Assembly (NCBI GenBank): GCA_964347045.1 | Contig: CAYFXC010000027.1 | Location: 1,715-26,461, forward strand | Source: an uncultured archaeon | GTDB taxonomy: Archaea > Asgardarchaeota > Hermodarchaeia > Hermodarchaeales > Hermodarchaeaceae | Reading direction: 5' to 3' | Length of the DNA stretch: 24,747 bases | Part shown: positions 1-8,517 of the stretch, one piece after another | How positions within the stretch are numbered: position 1 is the first letter of the stretch | Layout: each line of letters opens with the position of its first letter | The notes under the pieces: model-generated | What the model was told of the DNA's origin: nothing | The model's input: only the letters and a program-made list of their open reading frames with translations | Databases searched by the model: none | Translations under genes and position numbers: made by a program

Positions 1-799
1 CAAGATGGATGAAACAATACATTTGCAGGGCTTCCCAAAAGTCTCTAGGAGCATGAGCGGGAACTTGTGTACACGTTGAAACAATTTTCTGCAGTTCTTG
101 TTTCCGATTTGGATCTTTCTCAGTTCTAGCCAGTTGTGCAGCATAATTTGCATAACGTTTGGCAAACACAATCAATGCATCAATAGCGATTGCCATAGCT
201 TTAAGCTCTTGTTCATTTTTCCGAGCATCAGCATCTTTTGAAAAATCAAGTTTAAGAAGGGATTGGTCAATATATTCTTTAAAATCCAAGAGCCCTCGTC
301 GATAAATTTTATCATCTAAAATTGCGTGACCTGGTGCCCTTTGTTCCATGAACTCAGTAAAGACACCCGCATTATACGCAAATTGCCACTCGGGTGAAAC
401 AAGGTTAAACAATTTATCACGCATAGATTTTCCTTTCCAAAATGGAAGGATTCTTTCTTTGTAGATTCGTCGTAGTTTCTCATCAACTATGAAGGTGGCT
501 GTATCGCGGTTATTTAGTATTTCGAGATCATCAAGGGTATGACAGCACAGCTCTGGATATGTCGGTGTAGCTTTAGGTTTAGGTCCCCGTTCTCCAACAA
601 TCAACTCTCCCTTACCAATGAAAAGGGTCTTTTTCTCAAGGATATATTTGAAAGCTAGCGCTCTCACAACAGTTGTGGATTCTCCTTCTGGAGCATGTTT
701 TTGATAAAAGTCGGTGAGGAGTTCTGCGCGTTCCGATGAAATATATGGAGCAGTATGAATACTGTACTCACGCAAACGTTTTACACGTTCAGAAAGCAA
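1..799 (-). CDS. hypD: Glycyl radical enzyme, most like trans-4-hydroxy-L-proline dehydratase (N-terminal ~266 aa; the gene continues past the left window edge)
   Basis: Not in the ORF track. Manual minus-strand translation from TTG at 799: MLSERVKRLREYSIHTAPYISSERAELLTDFY...VRALAFKYILEKK...GELIVGERGPKPKATPTYPELCCH...GVFTEFMEQRAPGH...VPAHAPRDFWEALQMYCFIHL, open to base 1. GELIVG and P-x-x-F-x-EALQ are PFL/GRE-family motifs; TPTYPELCCH and FTEFMEQRAPGH match my recollection of HypD. AGGTGA lies 7 nt upstream. The catalytic Cys and Gly loops are outside the window. Confidence 0.8.
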   Translation of the reverse strand, partial: MLSERVKRLREYSIHTAPYISSERAELLTDFYQKHAPEGESTTVVRALAFKYILEKKTLFIGKGELIVGERGPKPKATPTYPELCCHTLDDLEILNNRDTATFIVDEKLRRIYKERILPFWKGKSMRDKLFNLVSPEWQFAYNAGVFTEFMEQRAPGHAILDDKIYRRGLLDFKEYIDQSLLKLDFSKDADARKNEQELKAMAIAIDALIVFAKRYANYAAQLARTEKDPNRKQELQKIVSTCTQVPAHAPRDFWEALQMYCFIHL

Positions 800-806
800 A
801 TCACAG

Positions 807-812
807 TCACCT
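807..812 (-). promoter_or_regulatory. Shine-Dalgarno-like site (AGGTGA) for the glycyl radical enzyme
   Basis: tcacct on the + strand, 7 nt upstream of the TTG start at 799. Confidence 0.6.
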
Positions 813-1327
813 AATCATAAAGAAGGCTACTTCTACCTAGTTTTGATGAATATTAGTCGTTTTGCTTTATCAACTCTGAGTATTATTGAGATGTTCGATT
901 CCTATACGTTCTACAATTCTTTCAACAATTCTCTGTCTCGATTAAACGAGGTAATATAAAATCATGAAAAGCGTGAGCAATGAAGTAGGATAATGATCAG
1001 ATAAGGAGGAAATAAAACAGATTTACTATGTAAAAAGGATGTTCGTAGATTCTAAACTGAAGAAAATTGTTCTAAACCAATAAGCACGCTTCATGAAAAT
1101 TAGCCACCGATTTTAAGTCATTAAAGAGTGATAAGAGGTGAAAAAACCAAAGTACTCCCTTTTTCCCGAAAGGTTGAATAAATAGTCATATACTGTGAGT
1201 AGCAAGTGATTTACAATGAGACTATGAAGTTCTACTTAAGTTCCAATTAATTTTAAATCAGGCAGGTAGCGCTTCATGCAAGGATAAATAGTACAACTTA
1301 ACAACAACTCAGCGGAACGTTGAGATT

Positions 1328-3022
1328 ATGCTATTAATTAATCCTCATGATTACAAGCATCAATTTGCTGACAAGCGATCAAAAGAAATTATGAAAAAAA
1401 CAATCGACTACTTCGAGAATAGGGGGAAACAGAAGCTCAAAGAAGACGATCATAACCGTGCATTCTATGCTGATTTCATTGAATTCCAAAAAAGGGAGAG
1501 AATATTTTCCACACTCTTAACACCTTCTCAGTATGGAGACAAAGATGCCCGATGGGACATGTGGCGTAATTATGCATTCAATGAAATTCTAGCCTTCTAT
1601 GGGCTCGCCTATTGGTATACTTGGCAAGTTAGCATCTTGGGATTAGGACCTATCTGGATGAGCAAAAATGAGACACTTAAAAAACGAGCTGCACAGCATC
1701 TGAAAGATGGATCTGTCTTTGCTTTTGGATTATCAGAAAAAACTCATGGTGCAGATATATATTCTACCGAAATGTCACTCACACCTCAGTCAGATGGGAG
1801 TTTTTTGGCCAATGGAACAAAATACTATATTGGCAATGCCAATACTGCACCCATGGTTTCGACGTTCGGTAAAATGGCTGATAGCGGCGAATATGTCTTT
1901 TTTGTGGCTGATTATCGTAATCAAAATTACGATCTTGTAAAAAATGTGTGTAACAGCCAAAACTTTGTAGCAGAATTCGGACTTCATAATTATAGAATTA
2001 CCAGGAGTGAAATTCTTTCAGAGGGACAGAACGCTTGGGATTCTGCACTAAATACTGTTAACGTTGGAAAATACAATCTTGGTGTGGCATCGATTGGTAT
2101 ATGTACTCATGCTTTTTATGAAGCCATTAACCATGCAAGCAACCGACAACTTTATGGTATGTTTGTCACAGATTTTCCTCACGTAAAACAAATGTTTATC
2201 GAAGCATATACACGGCTTATTGCCATGAAACTCTTTGCTTTACGTGCCGTCGATTATATGCGTATAGCTTCACCTGAAGATCGTCGATACATCCTATACA
2301 ATACCATGGTCAAAATGAAAGTCACCCTTCAAGGCGAAGAGGTGATCAATCTGCTCTGGGATGTCATCGCCGCTAAAGGCTTTGAAAAAGATACTTACTT
2401 CGAAATGGCAGCTCGAGACATTCGAGCACTCCCAAAACTAGAAGGCACTGTTCACGTCAACCTTGCCCTAGTGTCGAAATTTATTTTTAACTACTTCTTC
2501 AACCCAAAACAATATTCACCCGTTTCACGTCAAGACCAACCAACACATGATGCTTTCTTATTTGAACAAGGCCCAACACGCGGGCTCGGAAAAATTCAAT
2601 TCCACGACTATAATCTAATCTTTAATGAAATTGACCTGCCTAATGTAAACGTCTTCCATGCTCAAATTAATTTCTTTAGAGACCTTCTTTCGAATGCGAC
2701 ACCAAATGTGGATCAACAAAAAGATACAGATTTTTCAATGGCAATTGCTGAATTGTTTGCTTTAATTGTCTATGCTCAACTTATCTTAGAAAATGCCCAA
2801 ATCTATAAGCTCAAATCCGATATCATCGATCAAATTTTCGACTTTATGGTTCGTGATTTCTCCAAATATGCCCTACAACTCTTTAGTAAATCAAGTACTA
2901 CTACCAAGCAAGCCGATTACTGTACTCAAATGATTCAAAAACCCATACACGATTCCGAAAGATACCAACAATCTTGGGAGCATGTCATTAAACACAAAGG
3001 ACTCTATGAGATGAATCCCTAG
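1328..3022 (+). CDS. Acyl-CoA dehydrogenase family protein (long, ~560 aa type)
   Basis: FAFGLSEKTHGAD (FAD-binding), LANGTKYYIGN, NVGKYNLG and R-x-LPKLEGT motifs. Confidence 0.9.
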   Translation: MLLINPHDYKHQFADKRSKEIMKKTIDYFENRGKQKLKEDDHNRAFYADFIEFQKRERIFSTLLTPSQYGDKDARWDMWRNYAFNEILAFYGLAYWYTWQVSILGLGPIWMSKNETLKKRAAQHLKDGSVFAFGLSEKTHGADIYSTEMSLTPQSDGSFLANGTKYYIGNANTAPMVSTFGKMADSGEYVFFVADYRNQNYDLVKNVCNSQNFVAEFGLHNYRITRSEILSEGQNAWDSALNTVNVGKYNLGVASIGICTHAFYEAINHASNRQLYGMFVTDFPHVKQMFIEAYTRLIAMKLFALRAVDYMRIASPEDRRYILYNTMVKMKVTLQGEEVINLLWDVIAAKGFEKDTYFEMAARDIRALPKLEGTVHVNLALVSKFIFNYFFNPKQYSPVSRQDQPTHDAFLFEQGPTRGLGKIQFHDYNLIFNEIDLPNVNVFHAQINFFRDLLSNATPNVDQQKDTDFSMAIAELFALIVYAQLILENAQIYKLKSDIIDQIFDFMVRDFSKYALQLFSKSSTTTKQADYCTQMIQKPIHDSERYQQSWEHVIKHKGLYEMNP

Positions 3023-3074
3023 CTAATGATTACCTAATTTGATCGAGATATTATGAAACGCGCCAAATGGCTTA

Positions 3075-3097
3075 GACTACGATTTAATATTGTAGTC
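3075..3097. terminator. Hairpin between convergent genes, possible bidirectional terminator
   Basis: gactac-gatttaatatt-gtagtc; 6-bp perfect stem extendable with a G-U pair, lying between stops at 3022 and 3117. Confidence 0.35.
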
Positions 3098-3116
3098 AAA
3101 ACCTTCTAAAAAGAAT

Positions 3117-4355
3117 TTATTGGCGTTGAATAAAATCAAAAAAGTCAAGGATGCGACGCTTATGCTTGCCAGGAATTATCACATGATGATTTGCCAGGGA
3201 ATTATTGAGGAAGTAACTAACTGATTCGGTTAGAGTTGTTCGGATCTGTGTTCGACACCGATACTCATCTGAGAGATTCTTCGTAATGACACCTTCTGAT
3301 ACCCAGAATTCAGTGAGTTCTTTGCCAAACATTTTAAAGACGGTGATATCTCGAAAAGGAAATTGTCCACGTATCGCAACACTCTTGTTACTTTCAAAAT
3401 GCGACGTTATTTCATAGGATTCAACAATATTTGTGGGAACAGTACAGTGTGCAAAAACTACGGAATTATTATCGACATTTACATCAACGACGTTAGCCAT
3501 GAAGGAAGGTTGTTTGGTTAAGTATTTCCCTAAGAGTAATGTAAACGTGGTAGGTAAATCACCCTCGCAACCGGCTATGATATTCTCAAGTGAATTAATA
3601 TGAGAAACAGCAAAACAACCTGAGGTTTTTGTGTCTTCAAGGAGTTTAAAGCATTCAACAGTTACTGCATCTAAATCATGGTTTTTTACTAGTGCAATTA
3701 GTGACTGTGCAACAATTGCGGATTTTTGGATGTCTTCATTATTACAATCTATATTACTAGAGTTATTAAGAAATTGTTCAAGAGTTGGAGTAAATTCTGT
3801 CCAAAGTTCATCTTTCGTTCGATTAGAAAGGACTGTCATCGGATATTGTTTGAATTCTACTCCCCATTTTTTCGCCACAGCTTGTTGATCAATATTTGAA
3901 GCAATTAACCAAGAAGATGGATTACCAATGATACCTATACGACTTCGAGTTAGTCGATCCAGTATCACGTCGTAGTCGCACCAATCTGAAATTCGACCAA
4001 TCAATTGTTCCAAAGAATCATGGATTATTCTTGCTGGTGTGCCATGTTGTTCTAGGTACTTTCTGACTTCCATTGCCGCAGGTAGAGAATTATCTCCTTC
4101 ATGAGTAAGAAGCTGAATTGGTGGTGGGAATTTTACTTTTTGAAGGAATTTCGCGATATCGCCTTCTGTTCCACCAGATCCAATAAAAAGAAAGTTATGT
4201 TGATCGCGAATCGTCTTATCTCTTTTCATTCCTTCACTTATGTAATTTTCAGGGGTGAACACCTTGGCTGCTGTTGATTCCAGTTTATTATTTATGCCAG
4301 AAACACGTCGTTTCAGTGAGGTAGTGGAGAAGAAGACAATTATATTGACGGGCAA
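3117..4355 (-). CDS. L-fucose/L-arabinose isomerase family protein (COG2407-like)
   Basis: GSGGTE, NSLPAAME, TVECF, GCEGD (metal-binding E/D), FAHCTVP, CRTQ and NHH motifs; TTG start. Confidence 0.8.
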   Translation of the reverse strand: MPVNIIVFFSTTSLKRRVSGINNKLESTAAKVFTPENYISEGMKRDKTIRDQHNFLFIGSGGTEGDIAKFLQKVKFPPPIQLLTHEGDNSLPAAMEVRKYLEQHGTPARIIHDSLEQLIGRISDWCDYDVILDRLTRSRIGIIGNPSSWLIASNIDQQAVAKKWGVEFKQYPMTVLSNRTKDELWTEFTPTLEQFLNNSSNIDCNNEDIQKSAIVAQSLIALVKNHDLDAVTVECFKLLEDTKTSGCFAVSHINSLENIIAGCEGDLPTTFTLLLGKYLTKQPSFMANVVDVNVDNNSVVFAHCTVPTNIVESYEITSHFESNKSVAIRGQFPFRDITVFKMFGKELTEFWVSEGVITKNLSDEYRCRTQIRTTLTESVSYFLNNSLANHHVIIPGKHKRRILDFFDFIQRQ

Positions 4356-4599
4356 TCTTATCCATCCGTTATCATTGTAATGAAAGGCTTCCTATCTGTA
4401 TGTATTGTCTCCGTAAAAAGAATTAGTAACAAGTTAAAATCAGACCCGGTTTTGTATCTATTGCTGCATTATATGATTGAAGTCACTATTCATGAATAGC
4501 TTAATTGTAATGTCTTGTACAATCAAAAAGGAACACCTAGCGATTTGCATCATAGCCACGACTAAAAAAGTTTCAACCTATGAATTGGATTCATACTCT

Positions 4600-5403
4600 C
4601 TAAAGTGTAATTCGCGTACACGGTACATCTGGATCTCCTTCCATATACCGACGTAGTATGTTGGGTTCAGTCATGCCAAGAATGGCTACTTCAGCTCCGG
4701 CTTTAAGAATCGGTTCAAATCGTTTTATTTCTTCTAGCTTCCCGCGCATACCTTTTGTTATATCAGGAGTTGCAGCTTTATCAGCGAGTTTCTCAAATTC
4801 TTCTATCTTGCCTAAGGATATATGTGAAATTAGTTTAGCTTTGGGATCGAGTTTAGGATCAGAAGTGAATATCCCTGCAACATCGGTAGCAAATATCACA
4901 TCTCGAGGACTAAGAAGTCGGGAAAGGAGTTGTACTACTTTATCTCCCGAACATACACTGAAACCACGCTGCGAATCTGCACACATATCTCCACCTATTA
5001 AAAGAGTCATTCCCAAATCTAGGTATTGGCGGAGTCCGCCACTAAAGTGTCCAGTTATTTCGCCTTCAGTCATGAAGAAAATATTACTGGGTAAAAAAAT
5101 TACAGGGGCTAGCCCTGCATCAGTAACTGCTTTGGTGACAGCCATTCTAAGTTGAAAAACCTCAACCATAGTTTTAGAGAGTTCTGGTAGCTGGGCAGGC
5201 TCCTTGAATCCTTCGTAGAGCTTCCTCTCAATGACGGGAACATGGCCAAAACTCCCAACGCCATGTACAATAATACAGTGACCCAAAACGTCCGCAATTT
5301 CTTTTGTGATGCGTTGAAGCTGTTCTTCACGCAAGGTATAGGGTTTTCTTTTATCAGTAATTAGAGATCCGCCAAGTTTGATAATAGTCAGGTTTTCTGG
5401 CAA
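4600..5403 (-). CDS. ipk: Isopentenyl phosphate kinase (amino-acid kinase fold)
   Basis: IIKLGGSLITDK, VHGVGSFGH (IPK-specific His), SGD, FATDVAGIF and DITKGMRGKL. Likely start is TTG at 5403 (or 5415) after AGGAG at 5416-5420, not the track start at 5565. Confidence 0.85.
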   Translation of the reverse strand: MPENLTIIKLGGSLITDKRKPYTLREEQLQRITKEIADVLGHCIIVHGVGSFGHVPVIERKLYEGFKEPAQLPELSKTMVEVFQLRMAVTKAVTDAGLAPVIFLPSNIFFMTEGEITGHFSGGLRQYLDLGMTLLIGGDMCADSQRGFSVCSGDKVVQLLSRLLSPRDVIFATDVAGIFTSDPKLDPKAKLISHISLGKIEEFEKLADKAATPDITKGMRGKLEEIKRFEPILKAGAEVAILGMTEPNILRRYMEGDPDVPCTRITL

Positions 5404-5513
5404 GGAATGAACCAACTCCTTTCTCGAACTATTGTTTGTATTCCCGCATCCTGCCACATCAGCAGAACAGGTAGATATTATGATGCCACCTTGAAAAGGG
5501 CTTCTGAATTGAC

Positions 5514-6350
5514 TTAGAGTAGGGGTCCAATATGCCAAATGGGATAAGTGTATAGGCCAAACCAAGCCAAGATAATGATTGTAATCACGGCAAATAATGG
5601 AATTAAGAGGTTATCTAGATTACGCGGGCTAGACATCTCGATAATTGTACAAACGATACTTACGACAAGAATCGGAATAATCAGTCTGGAGACGTTAACC
5701 GATGCCCAAAGTGGGTCAAGGGCTAACCAGAAGATGAAAAGAAGTCCAAAAGCGAAGAGTAGACTGAAAACAAGCATAGTCAGGGTGCCAATAATACTTT
5801 TGTTTGCAAATATGTGGAATTTCCGTTTTCCAAACCGTCTGCCTATGAGGTCTGCAAAGCCATCACCACCTGCAAGAGGACCGAAAATGAGAATTGCAGT
5901 AGGGATGAAAATAGCCCAATTTGGTTGAAGTGTTGTATCAACAGGGATATACCAAAAAAAGATCGTGCTGAAGACCATTATTATTGCATAGAAGAGTGTT
6001 CCTCTGAGGAGCTCGCTAGGCTGACCTTCTCGAGACATTGTATTGACAAATTCTTCATTTTTCAAAATACCAGTTCCAATAGCAATGAAGAGGAGAACAA
6101 AGAGTAAAGGCACAACTGCAGCGAAATAGCGACTGTAATAATCTCCGGAAAAAAGTAACCAGCACGTGAAATATACTGGTGCCGCAAAGATATGAATGAC
6201 TTTCCGAGATACATAAATGGGTAAAATATCTCTTTTTCGGAGCAAATCATTAATACGAATCAAAAAAAGAATTGCAAGAAACGTTAGTACAAGAGCTATG
6301 ATGTCCCAAACCCAATTGGGAATACCAAATCCAATGAGTAAATTAGCCAT
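5514..6350 (-). CDS. Membrane isoprenoid-alcohol kinase, phytol/farnesol/dolichol kinase (CTP-dependent, SEC59/VTE5/DGK1) family
   Basis: Multiple TM helices; SRKVIHI, ELLRGTLFY, GDGFADLIGRRFG, NKSIIG and E-x(6)-DNL motifs. ATG at 6350, alternative GTG at 6359. Confidence 0.85.
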   Translation of the reverse strand: MANLLIGFGIPNWVWDIIALVLTFLAILFLIRINDLLRKRDILPIYVSRKVIHIFAAPVYFTCWLLFSGDYYSRYFAAVVPLLFVLLFIAIGTGILKNEEFVNTMSREGQPSELLRGTLFYAIIMVFSTIFFWYIPVDTTLQPNWAIFIPTAILIFGPLAGGDGFADLIGRRFGKRKFHIFANKSIIGTLTMLVFSLLFAFGLLFIFWLALDPLWASVNVSRLIIPILVVSIVCTIIEMSSPRNLDNLLIPLFAVITIIILAWFGLYTYPIWHIGPLL

Positions 6351-6475
6351 GAATACCACACTACTATGTTCTAATCGGTAGGACCATACACTTTCATTCT
6401 TTTTCTATTTAATATTAATAAATGTGAAAATAACTACCGAAAAAAGTGAAAATACTAAATTGCGGGGCATCTTTG

Positions 6476-7024
6476 TTATTTCGCGTCTGCTAAAATTTGT
6501 TGAGCGATCATATCAAACAATTGTATAATATTCTCTCCCGATTTCGCGGAAGTCTCAACATAAAAAAGCATATCATGTTCCGTTAATGATTTCTTTGCTG
6601 TTTCCTCGGATATTTGCCTCTCTTTTACTAAATCAGACTTGTTACCTACCAGAACTAGGGGTAAATTCGGAACCATCGCAAGTATTTCATTGATCCAACG
6701 CGAAATATTCTGGAGACTACTCGGTCGGGTAAGATCAAATACAATTATTCCCATGTCAGTTCCGCTCATAAATTGACTACGTACAAGTTTGAAATCTGTT
6801 TGCCCTGACATGTCCCAAATTTGTAGTTGTACTTCTCCCTTCTCATATGAGAGTTCTTGAGAGGTGATATCCACGCCAATACTCGCTTTATAATCCTCAA
6901 TGAAAGTGTTTGATACGTATCGTCGAATGATACAGGTTTTTCCAACAGCGTAATCTCCCATGAGGATGACTTTGAATATCCATCGCTGAGGAGAAGCTGT
7001 GTCAACCACGAATACTAGCCCCAA
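6476..7024 (-). CDS. Rab-like small GTPase
   Basis: G1 GDYAVGKT, G2 YKASIGVD, G3 LQIWDMSGQ, G4 GNKSD, G5 ETSAK; no C-terminal Cys; exact start uncertain. Confidence 0.92.
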   Translation of the reverse strand: MGLVFVVDTASPQRWIFKVILMGDYAVGKTCIIRRYVSNTFIEDYKASIGVDITSQELSYEKGEVQLQIWDMSGQTDFKLVRSQFMSGTDMGIIVFDLTRPSSLQNISRWINEILAMVPNLPLVLVGNKSDLVKERQISEETAKKSLTEHDMLFYVETSAKSGENIIQLFDMIAQQILADAK

Positions 7025-7226
7025 AGTTTCGATTCTTAGTCATAATGGATGTGCAGTCTCATATAGAAACTGGCCCCTAACTCCTTCATGACTAATTTAA
7101 ACCCTCGTTGAATATGATAAGAATGTTTGCTTTTCTTTTATATACAAAAATGTCACTCAAGGAAATCAAAACCTAATTTTTTGAACTGACATTATAACTA
7201 AATACCAGATTCAATTATTGAGAGCT

Positions 7227-8438
7227 ATGCCTCGTATCACAGTTCTTGGTGGATGTGGGGCAGTCGGCAGTGTTGCTGTAAGAACACTGAACGAACTGCC
7301 TGATTTCAATGAAATCATTATTGCAGATATCAATACTGATGCTGCTCAAATTCTTGCCGATAAACTTGGTGGCGAATGTACAGCTTTAGAAGTAAATGCA
7401 TTGGATCCCAAAAGTATTCGAACAGCAATTAAAGATTCAGACGTGGTTCTCAACTGTGTGGGTCCCTTCTATCGATATGGACCAACCATTCTCAAAGCTG
7501 TTATAAAATCGGGAATTAACTATATTGATGTCTGTGACGACGTGGAGCCAACATTAGCTCTAATGGCAATGGATCGAGTCGCCAAAGAAGCAGATGTTTC
7601 TGCGTTAATTGGTATGGGAAGTTCTCCGGGCGTTTCCAATATCCTAGTTAGGTTCACAGCTGATCAACTCTTGGACAGAATTGATGCTATTGATATATTC
7701 CACGCTCACGGTGGAGAACCCACTGAAGGAGCAGCTGTCATTGCTCACCGGATTCATGCTATGACATCAGACATCCCTATGTTTCTAAATGGGAAACAAC
7801 AAACCATTCGATTTTTTGAAGACGAGGGTATTGCCCTTCGTGAAGAGGTAACATTTCATAAAATTGGGACCTATCTTTGCTATCCATATCCGCATCCTGA
7901 GACTGTTACACTGCCTAAATACATTAAATGTAAGCGTGTTACCAATAAAGGAACAGTCCTCCCTGATCAATACTTTAATTTTATAATTAAATTGGTTGAA
8001 ATGGGAATTACAAGTGAAGAGCCAATAATTGTAAAAAACATACCAGTTACACCCCGCGATTTCATAATTTCTTATATCATCCAAGAACGGGAACGAATTC
8101 TCAAGGAAACCAAATTTGGAGAACAAAGGGGATGTGCCAAAATCGTAGTTTCAGGGGAAAAGAACGGGAAACCCCATCAATATGTATTCTCATTATGGTC
8201 TATAGGGCAAGCCATGGGTGAAGGAACTGGGATACCTGCGGCAATTGGTGCTACACTAATGCAACGAGGAAAAATCTTGACCAAAGGTGTATTTCCTCCT
8301 GAAGCAGGTGTAGATCCCATGGAATTCCTTGGCGTCATGCAAGAATATCTACAACTCGAAAATGTAGCTGGAGCTGGCAGTCCTCTCCTAATTCAATCTA
8401 TTGATGATGAAGGAAACATCAAGGAATTATCAATATAA
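7227..8438 (+). CDS. Saccharopine dehydrogenase / lysine 6-dehydrogenase-like NAD(P)-dependent oxidoreductase
   Basis: Rossmann VLGGCGAVG, NCVGPFY, YIDVCDD, GMGSSPG, HPETVTLP and GVFPPE; ATG at 7227 preferred to TTG at 7218. Confidence 0.88.
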   Translation: MPRITVLGGCGAVGSVAVRTLNELPDFNEIIIADINTDAAQILADKLGGECTALEVNALDPKSIRTAIKDSDVVLNCVGPFYRYGPTILKAVIKSGINYIDVCDDVEPTLALMAMDRVAKEADVSALIGMGSSPGVSNILVRFTADQLLDRIDAIDIFHAHGGEPTEGAAVIAHRIHAMTSDIPMFLNGKQQTIRFFEDEGIALREEVTFHKIGTYLCYPYPHPETVTLPKYIKCKRVTNKGTVLPDQYFNFIIKLVEMGITSEEPIIVKNIPVTPRDFIISYIIQERERILKETKFGEQRGCAKIVVSGEKNGKPHQYVFSLWSIGQAMGEGTGIPAAIGATLMQRGKILTKGVFPPEAGVDPMEFLGVMQEYLQLENVAGAGSPLLIQSIDDEGNIKELSI

Positions 8439-8517
8439 GTGCGATTTTTTGTGCCGAAGCCTATTTTAGAACTAACTTCATAACGTTAGCATTTCATAAA
8501 ACTCCGAGGGTAGTTAC

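Noticed and set aside
888-906. GTTCGATTCC, a tRNA T-loop-like sequence
   Set aside because: The flanks (agatg/cctat) do not form a T-stem, and no acceptor, D or anticodon arms are visible
813-1327. Long spacer between the divergent GRE and acyl-CoA dehydrogenase genes, checked for ORFs and CRISPR repeats
   Set aside because: Only very short ORFs and no regularly spaced repeats; best read as a divergent promoter region (ATAAATAG occurs twice)
4658-5155. Antisense and nested ORFs in the track (e.g. 4658-5155, 5548-5928, 7785-8126, 16111-16518, 22146-22532)
   Set aside because: They lie wholly within well-supported genes and have no recognisable motifs; treated as shadow ORFs
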